DNA from: Sphaerodactylus townsendi
Taxonomy: Eukaryota
DNA length: 64,000 nucleotides
Direction: 5' to 3'
Assembly (NCBI RefSeq): GCF_021028975.2
Contig: NC_059426.1
Coordinates: 120,094,001 to 120,158,000 of the forward strand
The stretch's first letter is position 1; the number at the start of each line of letters is the position of its first letter. Under the pieces are notes generated by a model. The model did no database searches and had not been told where the DNA came from. It was given only the letters and a program-made list of their open reading frames with translations. Below, one piece after another: positions 1 to 13,069 of the stretch. Made by a program: the position numbers and the translations under genes.

Positions 1-501
1 GGTGCAGCTCACCAGTGGCCTCCCCCCTCAAAAAAAAAATCTTAGTGACTGTTGAGAAACAACTAGATGGCATTGCCATCAGAGGAAAATTGGGGTGGGG
101 GAGGAGTGTGGCTGAAGAAAGGAAAATATGTGGGGAATGATGGAGCTCGTTGCTGCTGCTGTGCTGCAGAAGAAAGTACACGTGCTGTTTTCTGGGGCAC
201 AACTGCAGTTTCAGTCTAGCTCACCACAGACAACTAGTTGGCTTGCTGTGCCTTACCTAGTCTGCCTCAGAGAGTCAGTGTGAGTATAACTGGGCACCAG
301 GCAAGGAGGAAAAGGAAACATCCACCATAACCCTACAAGAGCCTGTGATTCTCTTCTGTAGGCTTCGCAACCCACTTGTGGGTCTGACCCACAGGCTGGG
401 AAACAGTGAGGCAAGCCACCCTCCTAACTTGTAATCTGCTGCTGCTGAGGAAGACCAGATTTGTTTGTGTACAAGTATAAATTCTTGCCCTCAGTCACTT
501 T

Positions 502-1627
502 GGGCCACTCCCCACTTACCTCTTTTGATTGCAACCCCGCAGTGACTCCGCGTAGGAAAGCCTCCGTGGCTTTTGACCACGAAGACATTTGTTTCCCACA
601 CTGTTCAGGCTCCCTGGCTTAGGCGAGAGGGGCGCCGAGGGAGAAGCGCTCCCTACAATTCGCCTTCCCACCGCAAGAGACGTGTGGTTTTTAGAAGCCT
701 CCGCCACCCCCCAGATTGAAGGGGTCTGCCTGGACCACTGGGGCGCACCTCCCGCCGGTCTGTTTCTGTGCAAGTCTCTTTCGTTGCTTTCTTGCGGCTT
801 CACCATGAACTGGTCAACAACCCCAGCATGCAGCTTCCAAAGCCTGGTAGGGCAAGAGCGCTGTGGGGGAGGGGAGAGGGCTGGGGTGGGTGGGCGCTGA
901 GGAGACCCTCTTTCGTCGATGAAGGGCGCGCCGTGGGAGGAATGGGGCAGATCACTTGAAATTGACCAGGGCTGCGGTGGTGACACAATGCACGACATGC
1001 ACAGGGGGGCCAAGTGCTCAAAAATAAACTAAAACAACCTGAAATGACTCTCTTAAAAAAAATCTTAATCCTGAGCTGGTGATTTGGACTTGGAAGACAC
1101 CAGTCCTGTCATCCACTCGGCCGCGATTTCAGACCTTCCGTTGCCTCGGTCGGTTCACATTCCCACCAACGTTGAGGCGAAAGGGTCCATGCGGGAATAA
1201 AGCCCCCTTTTTCCTGGGAAGCTACAGCCCCCCCCCCCGTGTCTCTGCGAGACCCCGGAAGGAAGGCCCAGTTTTCCGAGGCTGGGTCCTGTGCTTTCTT
1301 CTTCCGTGGACGTGGCCGGGGCCTGCTCGGGGAGGTTTGGCGAGACACGTTCGGAGGCGGCGGCGGCAGAGCGCCTGGGCCAGCAGCAGCAGCAGCCCCT
1401 TCAGCTCCAGCAGCGCCCAGAATTTGCCGCTCTCCCACCTCCTTGCCGCGGGGTTTTTGAAAATGTTGCTGTTTCTTGAGGACCTAATTTGGTGCGCGGC
1501 AAGGAAGTGGGAGAGCGGCAAATTCCGGGCAGCTGCGCAGTGAGCGCCAGTGATATGGGGAACGTCCGGGATCCCCGCTTCTTTTACAGAGGTGACCCCG
1601 CGGCTTATGGTGAGTGGGGAGTGGCCC
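502..1627. mobile_element. Non-autonomous PIF/Harbinger-like DNA transposon, GC/CpG-rich
   Basis: 19-bp TIRs GGGCCACTCCCCACTTACC ... GGTGAGTGGGGAGTGGCCC (18/19 match); TTT on both flanks (3-bp TSD); internal 31-bp inverted repeat at 1420-1450 and 1495-1525. Confidence 0.8.
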
Positions 1628-1831
1628 TTTATCTCTTTGGTGTGCACTGTGTATTTATATTTCATTCCCTCAAGTTCAGGAATGCTTGAATTCAGGATAT
1701 TACCCATTTTTTCTCTTGTTTTGAAGCATTTGCTAATATATTTTGATTTTTTGATGCTGGCTAATCTCACATTAATCTCAATTTTGTACTTTTTAGGCCA
1801 AGAGGGGTAGTTTTTGTTCTTTCCATTGACT

Positions 1832-2089
1832 GCCCCACCTACCTCACAGGGTGTTTGTTGTGAGGGGGGAAGGGCAAGGAGATTGTAAGCCCCTTTGAGT
1901 CTCCTGCAGGAGAGAAGGGGGGAATATAAATCCAAACTCCTCCTTTTCCTCCTCCTCCTCCTCCTCCTCCTCCTCCTCCTCCTCCTCTTCTTCTCCTCTT
2001 CTTCTCCTCTTCTTCTCCTCTTCTCCTTCTCCGTCTCCTTCTCTTCTTGTTCTTGTTCTTCTTGTTCTTCTTCTTCTTCTTCTTCTTCT
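1832..2089 (+). mobile_element. 5'-truncated SINE (Squam3-like) with (TCC)n/(TTC)n microsatellite tail
   Basis: 3' body ...cccctttgagtctcctgcaggagagaagggggg..ataaatccaaac shared with copies at 48721, 49290, 51920 and 60693; simple-repeat tail at about 1938-2089. Confidence 0.75.
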
Positions 2090-2661
2090 GAGCCTATTTT
2101 TCATTCTTTTATAAAATTTAAAATAATAATGCCTTTTGTTTTTGTTCTTTGGCAAATCTACTGGTTGCAGTCATTTATCACCCCTATTAATTTTCTTTCA
2201 TTTCTCACTGATTTGGAATCTTGCTTCTCAGAATTCATGTGTCTTTCTACCTATCTTCATTTTGAGAGAACTGATGTCTGTATTTATCAGTAGTCTGATT
2301 CTTGGATGAAATGTTGTTCCCTGCCTCATCAATTCCTTCTGCTGGCCATATCCTCAATCTATTTCTCATGCATTCCCTTCTGGGCTTTCATTATTTTAAA
2401 AGGCATGGGATCAACTAAAATCAACATATGGGTTGATAGTCCATTGTAGACCTAGGACATGTGAACAACAACAAAGATAATACAGTGAAAAAGTAAGGAT
2501 AAAATCAAGAAGCAAATATATAAAACTAAAAAAGGAACCATGAAGAAAACTGGTAATTTAAGAAATTGGGTGGAATTATGAGGAACTCTTTTTTTTAAAT
2601 GAAAGCTATTGCTCTGTTTAATAAAATAAAATAATCCCACGTGTCTATCTTTTTCTTTCAG

Positions 2662-2742
2662 AGATCACAGCTCCCACACTTTGGATTAAACATTTGGTCA
2701 TCAAAGATTCCAAACTAAACAGTTCCAGTATGAAAAATTCAG
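2662..2742 (+). CDS. SMOC1: SMOC1 coding exon (linker between thyroglobulin domains; approx. human exon 7)
   Basis: Acceptor ttttctttcag|, donor |gtaatg; 81 nt, phase 1/1. Translates (E)ITAPTLWIKHLVIKDSKLNSSSMKNS(E), matching the recalled SMOC1 sequence EITAPTLWIKHLVIKDSKLN. Confidence 0.96.
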
Positions 2743-4399
2743 GTAATGTTTGATTTTTGTGAAGGAGAATAAGTTTAGGCAGGCAGAGTAATTTTAACTT
2801 TCCCCACAGTAAACTTTATACCTCTTAATTGCAATTATTGTTCTGTTCGCAAATCATTGCAGAGTCTGTCGTGACATCTGGGAAAACTCCCACAACTAAT
2901 GGGACTTTTATAGTGCAATCCAGTTGAGGGGGGGGAATGCTATGACAGTTGGAGGTGGTGCAGTGAAGGCAATGCCGCACTGCCTCCAAAAGGACTTTGG
3001 GTAACAAGAAGGGAAGGGAAACGAAAAATCCTCCTGCCACTCAAATTGCCCCATAGGCCTAGCAGGTGTATGCCACACTTTTATGTGGCATAGGTCTGCA
3101 GGTCCAGGGGTTGGAGTGCCAGTGGAAGCTGACTAACATCGGCTCCATCCCTGGAATCACCATCACACCCCGCCATGTTGCCATCCGAGTTGATGCCAGT
3201 TCTGCTCTGTGGCAGCCCCAGCTTCTGGGTTTTGCCTCTCGAGAGCTGAGGGATGGTTGGCCATTGCTGCCTTTGGACCCTTGTGCTGGCAGAGGAGGCA
3301 AATGCATTGCGCAGCCTTCCACAACTCCCTATGAGCATTCTCCCCTCATCTATATTGGGCTGCCCTTGCTTTTTTCTTTCTATAGACTTTTCTACTGTTC
3401 TTGATGGTCTGTGTGAATTTATGGTCAAATTGACTGTGTATATGGAAATTCCTTTCAGATAAACACCAAAGGGTAGTCAGGGCATATGTGATAGACAGTT
3501 TACTTGTTTTAATATATGCTGAACGAGTAGCATACTCTGTAAACCTCATTCATAGTCAGAAAAGGCCACCTTGAAACTTTCACAAATCTTTCTTTTGTTT
3601 TTATCTCACATTTTCATCAAGGACCTTGGGAAGCTATGTATGATTGCCTCCCAGTTTATTCACACAGCTGTCTTGTGAGATGTACTTACCAGAGGTGTGT
3701 TAAACTTAGAATTAGTGCTGGTGCAAGATCACCTAATACTCTTCATGACTGAGTGGAGATTTAAACATGGGTCTTGCTCCAACATTTCTAGCACCACTAT
3801 GCCCCATTGGCTGTCCTTGTGCCACTTCTCATCAGTCTCTGCTACTGTAGTAATCCTTGCACCTGAGACTAGAAGCAAACTCAATATTCAAAGTTGTGAA
3901 TTAATGTGTAAAAAGCTGAGAAAGAAAGTCACCAGAAACCACAAGAATTTGGGATTGATTATGGGCATTTTGAACATAGCTGATCCCACAATCCCTATAC
4001 GATTATAAAGACCACTATGGTGACTAGTCCAGTAACTTTTACCAGTCTAATAGCTCTAAGTAAGAAGGAAGCTTTTAATCTGGTGATGGTAATTTGCTCT
4101 GGCCTTTTCATTATGGTGGGGAAGCTCCTTGAGTACCTTGTGGGGGGTGGGGCTGCACCTAGAGCTGGATGAAATTAATCAGCATCATTTTAGGTCATTA
4201 CTGCACATCCTTCACCTGCCTGCCCTGTGTTGTAGCAATGGCCATTGATTAGTAGAACCCTAGCTCCACTTGGTGATACTTCTTAACAGTTTGCAGGAAG
4301 AATGACATTCCCCTCCTGACTAACATTAGAATGTGTCATTGGTCTCCGAGAACACTCCTAAAAGGGCCATTGACCAGGTTTTCAGATTCCAGGGGCATC

Positions 4400-4580
4400 T
4401 GGGAAATTTAATCTAGTGTTCTTTCTCTTCATGTTGATGTGTTTGGGGCTGTGTAGGGATGGGTGGAGGAAGGGGAAAGTTAGGATGGGGTATGAGTCTG
4501 AAATTGTGTGCATCGAGGAATGCTGCTGTAAGTTTCGTTGTGCATGCACAATGACAATAAAATGCTTATGCTTATGCTTA
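4400..4580 (+). mobile_element. LINE 3' end fragment (Rex/Babar-like)
   Basis: gtttcgttgtgcatgcacaatgacaataaa followed by an (ATGCTT)3 tail; 5' boundary uncertain. Confidence 0.4.
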
Positions 4581-5810
4581 TAGGGTCTGTCAGGCTAATG
4601 TGGAAGTTGTGAGGCAATCCAGGTACTCCTGGTGCCTTCCTGCTCCCTCTAGTTTCTTAAACCCTACATGATACTGTGGTTTCTACTGATGCCACTCATT
4701 ATAAGGTCAGTGTAAAGGCAGTGCCTCAAAAAGTTGATATTTTCCAGGAAAATTAATCTATTAGAAAAGGCACAGTGCAGTACAGAGTGATGGTTCCTTC
4801 ATTGCAAAGCTTGAGCTTTGCCCAGATCTCTTCATAGTACCTTATTTGATTTTGGCCAAAGAGAGATTACAACCCTGTATTCAACCTACCCTGGCAACCT
4901 TTAAGAAAACCACAGGATGATGTAATGAGTGGATAAATGGAAATATAAACAGCTCTGAGAAAGCTAGCAGTAGCAAATACGTCGCAGTAACTGGTGGTTT
5001 GTGCATGACGTTATTTAAAAGGAGTAATTTATTAAGGTTAGCAGATGAAGACAGGTTTGCGTCTTTAAAAACAACAACAAATCAACCTTGATGTTTATTT
5101 CTAAAAGCTGTCTCTTGGGTGTATGCCAGTTCCATGCCACTTTACTATTTTGAGCGGTGGGGGTTGCCTCTAGAAATCTTCTGAATAACTTTGCTTCCTG
5201 CTTTGTAGTATAAAACTTTCAACAGGCAAGAGAGGGGGTTTATCCTGCTTTTAAAAATTACACCAAGAGCCCAAACTGTAAAGAAACACACAGAGATGTG
5301 CGTGCCTATGTTGTTGGGGTCCTGTTGTCTGAGGAGAAAGGTTCTCTAAGATTTATCATTCCGTGGTCCTTCATAAATATCCAGCCAACAATCCTACCCC
5401 AGACTTATAGATCTAGTTAATTTTTCCCACCTATGTCATTGTATGAAATGAGAGTTTGTAACATGATGCCACCATCTTCCCATGTTTAGTGAATGAGCCT
5501 TAATCATGCTTTGGTAATTGAGATTGAAGGCGACAATGGCTGAATTACAAGTGGCCTAGCAAACAGCATGAGAGGATGGACAAAGACCATTATGGGACAA
5601 CTGACAAGCTGTTGGGAAATATGGGGAAGCTACAAATCTTGAGGTGAATTAAGAATCAAAAGGCTACAAGAAACTGATATTGAAAAGCTGATGGAAGAAC
5701 CTACCCTTTAAGGGTTAGAAATCCAGGAAGTTATTATGTACATGTGGAAGTAGTCGAAAAGCCATGTTCCTGCTACATGTTACATTTTTGCCCCCAAATA
5801 CATCTTTGAT

Positions 5811-6301
5811 GGCTGTGGTGGGTTTTCTGGGCTGTGTGGCTGTGGTCTGGTGGATCTTGTTCCTAACATTTCACCTGCATCTGTGGCTGGCATCTTCAGA
5901 GGTGTATCACAGAGGGAAGTCTGTTACACACTATGTCAAGTGAGAAGGGAGTGTTTAGTGGGGTATATATTGTCCATGGATGGGGAACCAGGATGGGGAA
6001 CCAATCACTATGTGTTTGGGTGGAACTTGCTATGCAAAGATGTGATTGATAGTATTGTATTGCAGGTGGGGGTTTTCAGTCCAGGGAGTGATTCACATTT
6101 GTATGCCTTGCAGCAGCAGCAGTATTGGTGAATGCAAATCCTGTGTTTGGGTGGAGTCCATTGTTCATGAACTTAGCATCCCCTTGGGGTTTGCTTTCAG
6201 TATTTTTAAAGTACTGGTAGCCAAGCTTTGTTAATTCTCAGAGTCTCTTCTTTCCTGTTGAAGTTGTCTTGGTGTTTGTGAATTTCAATGGCCTCACTGT
6301 G
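5811..6301 (-). mobile_element. Penelope-like retroelement fragment
   Basis: Minus strand encodes EAIEIHKHQDNFNRKEETLRINKAWLPVL, like a Penelope GIY-YIG endonuclease C-terminus; flanked by the 10-bp direct repeat CATCTTTGAT (5801-5810, 6302-6311). Confidence 0.8.
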
Positions 6302-9300
6302 CATCTTTGATTCAGTTTAATTGGGAGCTATTTTGGGAGGTTAACACCAAGAACTGGGATGAATTGATGAACTTTGTGTGCTCTTATTCTTTCTGTCAGT
6401 GGCTACCACCATTCTTTTAATGAACACTGGATTTAGTATGAACAACATTGTGGTCTCCCCGGGAGTAAAGGCCTGAGTTTCTGGGATTAGGATCCTGAAG
6501 TTAAGAGGAAGGCAAGTGGCTGTCATGCTGCCTTAAGGAGCTTTTGTCCAAGCTCAAACTTTCTAATGGCCATATGAAAGTTTACCAAGTAGATGGATTT
6601 TTCACTGTTTCCTGGACAATGGCATTTCTCCCTTCCAACGAATTCCTTCAGGAGAGCTGTCCCAGCCAATCACCATTGGAGACAAGCCCCACAGAAGGAA
6701 GTCTAGAATGTTTCTTTTTGGCTTAAGCAAAGTGGTTGCAGTGAGAAGTCCTCCAGGTTCATGTGCCACACTGGTCCGTTCTGCACAGTGCAACAAAGAC
6801 ATCTGTGGGACATCTTAAAAAGAGGTGACTTCCTTTTTACTCTGCACACCCAAAATAAGATGTCCTGGGAATGTCTTTAAAAAAGCCCCCTCTCATGTTT
6901 GTTCCGGATAGCATAGGCATTAGAGGAGAAAAGAGGCTGACTGTTAAGCTCTCTGGTCAGTTTCCTCATCAGCTTCTGCCCAACATATTGTGTGCTGCTG
7001 AAGGGATTCTCCCTGCCTCCATTTGCTGAAGGTTGCCCCAGGACATTTGCTATGCAGGCTGTGATCCAGGACACCTTTTCAGCCCAAAGAATACATAGTT
7101 GTACTCAGCTCATCCTGCCAATTCTGGCAATATGTAGTTTTTTAATTTTTTTTAATTGTGTGAAGATTTGCAAAGAAATGTGGACACAAAATATGAGAAT
7201 TTTAGCCTCTCAGAGAACTGGTCTACTGCCCATTGAGAAGCATTGGGCAGTCCTGCCCTCCATGAACCATTTTAGTCTTTTCTTATGGCACAGAAAAATT
7301 AAGATAGTCTGCAGAGGGAAGGGTGGGGGTTCTGCAAAAAAAAAGCTTGTTTATTTTGTGAAAGAACAGACCACAAGAAAGAATAGCAGCATGGTAATTT
7401 TTTTCAGCAGAATTTTCAGCAGAAAGGTAATTTTTTATTGTCAGTCACTGTAAACATTACATTTTTTTTTTAAAAAAACCCAGATACAGACAGGATTTTA
7501 TTTTTTAAAATTCCAGCAGTCAGTTCCTAAACTAGAGAGAAAAGTTTGTTCTGTGCAAATTATCCTTAAAAATAGTTGCACCAGGCCCTTGCAATGCTTC
7601 TCCCAATTAGGAGAAAATTCCAGAAACCCCCCCCCCCACCCAACCCCATGGATTTGAATATTGAACCTGCACTGTCCTTCCTAACAATCAGAAATATGAG
7701 GTCAAGGTGTCCCCCAAGTCCCATATGCAAAATTATAGCTATTTGTTTCTCAAATAATCACCTAATAGACACAGTGGTGTATATCCAACCATCTGAAAAC
7801 TTTGTGGATCAGGACTCGTTTGCTTCCCCCTCCTGCTGCAGCCCATTGAGTTCCCTAAACTTTTGTTCCAAATGGACTGCAGACCTTCAGGTACAATAAA
7901 GGAGGCAAAGTGAGGGGTTGCAGTAGAGGGGGCAATTGCCACTTCCTTCTTCCACAAATAGATATACTGTTCTATCATTTGCAAAATTAATGGTTAGATA
8001 CATGCCGAATATTCGGGACATTTTTCGCTCACTGGAATAACAATAGTTTTGTTCAGATGAATTGAAGTAGCAACAGAATACAGATAGTTTTTGCAGTCTT
8101 GTATGAATTTGGCTTGATGAAAAAGAATCTTGCATTGTAAAAGAACAGATTAAATGACATGACATGATTAAAATATGGAAGCTTTGTGTGAAAAAATTCC
8201 AATTCCCAGGGGGTGGAAATGCTACTAGAATACATCATGCTCACTTGCGTAAGCATGAGTTAGAAGCAGTTTTTTTTCAGTGCTGGAAGATTTTGGATGT
8301 CAATGTGAAATTTTCATTGGAAGCGATGGACCATCAGAATTCAATCCATTCTTGTAAAGCTTCTGTAGCAAATCTAACTGAGAATTAGAATAGCTGTGGT
8401 ATGTCATTGGTGAGTCTAAACTTCAAGTTGATTCATTTGAAGGGAGATATGTCTGAAGAGAGGGAGTGAAGGGAAGAGCTGAGAACCTAAGCCCTTGCAG
8501 ACAGCTGGCAAACAAAATAATGAATAACATGCCACTGGGGACCAGTTAATCTAACCTTATGAAAAGGTGCAAAGTATACAACTGGGAAAAATAACACCAT
8601 ATAATAATCAGTGTGCAATCATAGGCGGTAAAACCATATGCAGCTAGACAAATAAATGAGGTTCACCCCTGCTGCCATGTGATAAATCATTCCCAAAGAA
8701 TTCAGTCTCTCTCCTTCCTGCAAAGAAAAAACAAATGACTGCAGGCACAAAGTCATAACTGCAATCCCCACAGCTGCTATTAAGTCACATGGGAGCAGGA
8801 GGGGAAAAAAAGAGAGACCGAGACAGCAGCAAGGTGGCAGGGGAACAAGGTGTCATGAAAAGTTAGGGTGAAATGTCAAAGCACTTAAATGGAACCTTGT
8901 GGACAATCACTGGGGCTTGGGGGAAAAAATGATATGACCAGTGTGGCTAGTATAGTGAGCAGTTGCTGCAGATCAAGGTGTTACATTTCAAACCAGTTTA
9001 GGCTTACTATCTTCTAACTTGGAAAATCCTATTTTTCCATATTCCAGATGTGAGCAGATAAACTGTAAATATTCATGTGCACATTTCACATGATCCAAAG
9101 TATTTATTGTACTCTGAAACACCTCTGAAACTGAGCACTGGCTGATTCCAAATGAACTAAGTTCTATAATTAAGCAACAACTAGATTCATGAATGGGATC
9201 CAGGCGGGCAATTGCTGTGCTTGTCTCACTCTATCTGTTTATATGGGGAGTACAACTGAAGGCTTCATAAATCACATGCGCACACCCGGTGCAACGTGCA

Positions 9301-9379
9301 CCCCCTGGCCCCCTTGTAGCTTTGCCTCTGGATCTTAAGCCAAAAGGCCGAGAAGCCTTGTTGCTACCTATGAATTCAG

Positions 9380-9735
9380 GTGCCAGGGTGAATCCACAGA
9401 CCAGGATTTGAAACTGGGATTAAGCTGAAGTCTAGCATCCCAGTCAGGGCTGCTGAGAGCCATGAAGGACCTTGGACAAAGATTCCACTTGGGCCCGCAC
9501 ATGACCTTTATCCAATCAAATATCATGACAAAACAAATCACTTGGCTGGTGGTTAGCATGCATCTATGAAAGAATCCACATGTCCATCTGTGTGTCCATT
9601 TGTGGCAGGCATAGCTTATCAAAAAAATAGAAATCTCAAAATTTGCCACCAGTTTGCCACCAGTTCCACAGCCAAACTGAAAGGAATTTAAATAGCCTGG
9701 CCCAGGATGTCTCCAGACCCGTCCCACTCCCACCT
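9380..9735. repeat. Unclassified dispersed repeat, related to 57800-58170
   Basis: Shared blocks: atccaa.caaatatcat.acaaa.caaat.act.ggct, gaaatctcaaaatt.gcca.cagttt and cagga.tctccagac.c. Confidence 0.5.
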
Positions 9736-10488
9736 CCCCATAATATTCATAGTGGAAGCTAAGCTAAATTCAAATTTTTGTTCCTCATTTATTACCACTA
9801 AGGCAAATTGACATTCTACTGTCATGTATGTAAAGGAGGGACATTACTTTCTACTACTTTGATAGATTACGGGGAAATATTAACTCTCCCCTTCTGCTTA
9901 TAATATTAACAAAGGTTTGCTGCTGTGCATCCCAGGTTGCCAACCAGGATGGATGAAAAGAAGTTTAGACAAAGGCTGAAAAATAGGGGCAGGGGAAGAA
10001 TTAGAAGTGTGGGTAGAGGAATGGCAGAACATGAAAAGAAGAGAGCACAATGAAGGAGGAGAAAAGTGGGGAAGGGAGAGAAATTAAGAAAAAGGCAACA
10101 AAAGCTTTTCCAGTTTTGCTACCACACACTAACAGCACTGTCCCTTTGCAAGATCTGAGTGGAACTTAAGGAGGTTTTATATGACCGAGGCATTGTAAGG
10201 TTTTGCCCTAGCAGAATTGGGCTTGATTGTCACATTGTATTACATTTTTAAGAAGAAACAACTTTGTGTGGAATATTTGGGTGCCAATCTAAGCAACCCT
10301 TCAACAATTGATCTCAGTATTAAAAAATCTTTATAACTGCTGTTTGTAGTCTGGAAGCTTGACACTACATTAATGTATTAATTTTGTACCCTGTCGAAGG
10401 CCATTTGGCTGAAATACATCTGTTTGTTAGTATCCGAAAAGTATCCTTTTAGACACTTCTGGGTACTGTAAGTGTTATTTTGTATGTA

Positions 10489-11429
10489 CCGCATATACTC
10501 GCGTATAAGTCGACCCGCATATAAGTCGAGGCACCTAATTTTACCACAAAAAACTGGGAAAACTTATTGACTCGCGTATAAGTCGAGGGTGGGAAATGCA
10601 GCAGCTGTGGTAAATTTCAAAAATAAAAATAGATGCCAATAAAATTACAGCAATTGAGGCATCAGTAGGTTAAATGTTTTTGAATATTTATTTCAAAGAA
10701 AAACAATAAACTGACTCTGTAAGTGGAAAAGAGGGTCAACAAGAACAATATGGTATCAACAATAACTTTAAAAGTACAAAACCTTAAGCCTTCAACCAGC
10801 AACGGCAAGCTAAAACACTAAAGAGGTTTAAAAATCCTCCAAAACTGGATTCCTCATCATCATCATGTATATGCCCAAATGTAACCCAACTTAGATTTTT
10901 AAAAGAGGGATATTATCAGAAATGGAAAGGAAAAAAATCTACTATTAGCTTCCATTGAATAAAGCAATGGGGGATGGGGCATCCCCTTTGTGGGTCCAAT
11001 AACTTTGGATCCCCTGACCCTAAACTTCTACCAGAAGCCTGGCTGGTATCATAAAGAGACTCTCCTGATGAGACCAGCCAGGTTTGGTGAAGTTTGGTTC
11101 AGAGGGTCCAAAGTTATGGACCCTCAAAAGGGTAGCCCCATCTACTAATAGCTCCCATTGAAAACAATGGGGAATGGGGGCACCTCATTTGGGGGTCCAT
11201 AACTTTGGACCCCCTGAACCAAACATTACCAAACTTGGCTGGTATTATCAGGAGAGTCTTCTGAGGGTACCCTGAAATTTTGGTGCCCCTAGCATAACAT
11301 CTGCGCCCCCTGCTGGCCGGCAAAGTAAAAACACACACAAACATTTAATGTCCCGCATATAAGTCGAGGGGAGCTTTTTCAGCATTAAAAATGTGCTGAA
11401 AAATTCGACCTATACATGAGTATATACGG
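10489..11429. mobile_element. Tc1/mariner-superfamily (Tc2/pogo-type) non-autonomous element
   Basis: TA|CCGCATATACTCGCGTATAAGTCGA ... TCGACCTATACATGAGTATATACGG|TA: TIRs with TA TSD; subterminal TATAAGTCGA repeats; internal alternating inverted modules. Confidence 0.85.
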
Positions 11430-11589
11430 TATGTGGTTTTGACATTTAGTAGTTGTACATAGTGGCCTTTAAACATTTTCTTGGCCATCTTAGTATTTAA
11501 TTTTGGAACTAAAAGGAAATCATAAACTGCTGGAGATAATGACCTTGTCACAAGGATGCATCTTGTAAATGACTGTAGCTTGTTCTTAC

Positions 11590-11760
11590 TGGTCTTCTCT
11601 TGCTCCAATGTTGGCTTGGCTGATGGGTTTAGCAGGATATGAGAAGCAAGGGTTTCCTTCCATCTCATAGTAAGCTTTGCAGAAGGCCTGACCAGTGAAG
11701 TTTGGGGCTGATAATGCTCAAGGTGTCTAGTGAGATATGGGGGCAAATGTCCGTCACAGC
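11590..11760 (-). mobile_element. Old LINE (L2-like) fragment
   Basis: Similar to 58255-58370 (ggcttggctgatgggttta.caggat.tgagaagcaagg), which adjoins recognisable L2-like ORF2 sequence. Confidence 0.45.
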
Positions 11761-13069
11761 AAGATTTCTTTTATCTGGAGGCCCACTTTCACTTTTTATT
11801 CTGTCTGCGGCAAGCAAGACCACTTCTAGCATGACTTTTAATTTGCTTCACTGCCACAGTGGGCAGATTTGCCAGTGAGCACAGCTTTACGCAAGACATG
11901 TTCGCTCAGCCCACAGTCAACCTTTCCACTCCCCTGCGCTGCCACCCATGCTTTCCTCCTCATCCTCCTTGCCCATACACTTCCATGATGCCAGCTCCTT
12001 CCTGCTTCCCTAACTGCTCAAATTGATATATATCAATATATCGATATAATAATAACTGAGAGTTGACTTTTGGAAGCAATTGTATAATCAGGGGCTCTTT
12101 TTGTGTATCTTGTATACCTTTCATTTTATGTAGAGCAGAACTCAAGTAGGTTCTCTCCAAAAGGAATTTTTGAAAATACTGGACTTATTTGAGGTTCCAT
12201 GTTATCTACTTTAACTCAGATAATTTTTGAACACTGAAAATTGCTCTATGGTTTGGTTTACGTTCAAGTGCAGATATAATATGGTGGACTCCTGAATAGG
12301 GTTACAACATTCAGAGTGTGCAATTTAACTTAGGATTGTATTGTTAGGACAGCAGAGTGAAATGCACCAGGTGATAAAGGAAATCTGGGAAATCTGGAAA
12401 AGGTGGGAAAGAATAACATACACCCTGGGAAAGTTTTGCCCTCTGTACAAAACTGCTCTGAGCTGTAAAATTGGGAGAAAAATTTTCTTCTCTGGAGTCT
12501 AAGGCAAAACATTTGAACTTTGAAAGTTGAAATTTGGAATACAGGAGAGTTTTTAAACAGTACTTTTTCATTATTTGTCTTCAAAAGAGCAGAATCCTTC
12601 AAGGGTTCCAGTTCCACCCTAGATGGCTCTGCCATAAGAAGTACCAGTGTTGTTGTATAAGAGAAATCAGGACAAAGTCTGATGCAGGCATTTCCCCTGA
12701 TGTTTGCTCAGCTGGTGTTGCTCTCCTAATATAAAGAGGGACTGTGGCTCTTCCCTCACCTGCTGCTTTCAAGCTTTGAAAATGCTTGTTTCCCACACTG
12801 ATTCAGTAGGCCTGTCATTTCTTTGAGGGCATGAATGGTTTTTTTGTTTGGCAGAGACAAAGCATTGTTTATATTTGTGTAGAAAACCTTTCTATGCTGA
12901 GCATTTGACCTGGGATACAACTCTCCATTTTTAAATGTTTCAGCTTTACCAATTTTGTACCTCATATGTGGTTTTCAGGGATAACACAAAATATTTTACT
13001 TCCTGAATAGTAAAATCCAAATAGAGCACCTCATTGTGGTAAAAATACAATGACAGTAAACTTATATAA

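Noticed and set aside
516-1935. Several overlapping 100-237 aa ORFs in the GC-rich start, suggesting a gene or promoter CpG island
   Set aside because: They lie within or across a TIR-bounded transposon; high GC suppresses stop codons; no recognisable domain.
1844-2293. Poly-Arg/Glu and poly-Leu/Ser ORFs
   Set aside because: Translations of a SINE microsatellite tail.
1-2661. Upstream SMOC1 exons (Kazal domain, first thyroglobulin domain, DDGSKPTP exon)
   Set aside because: Not found; they presumably lie before the window.
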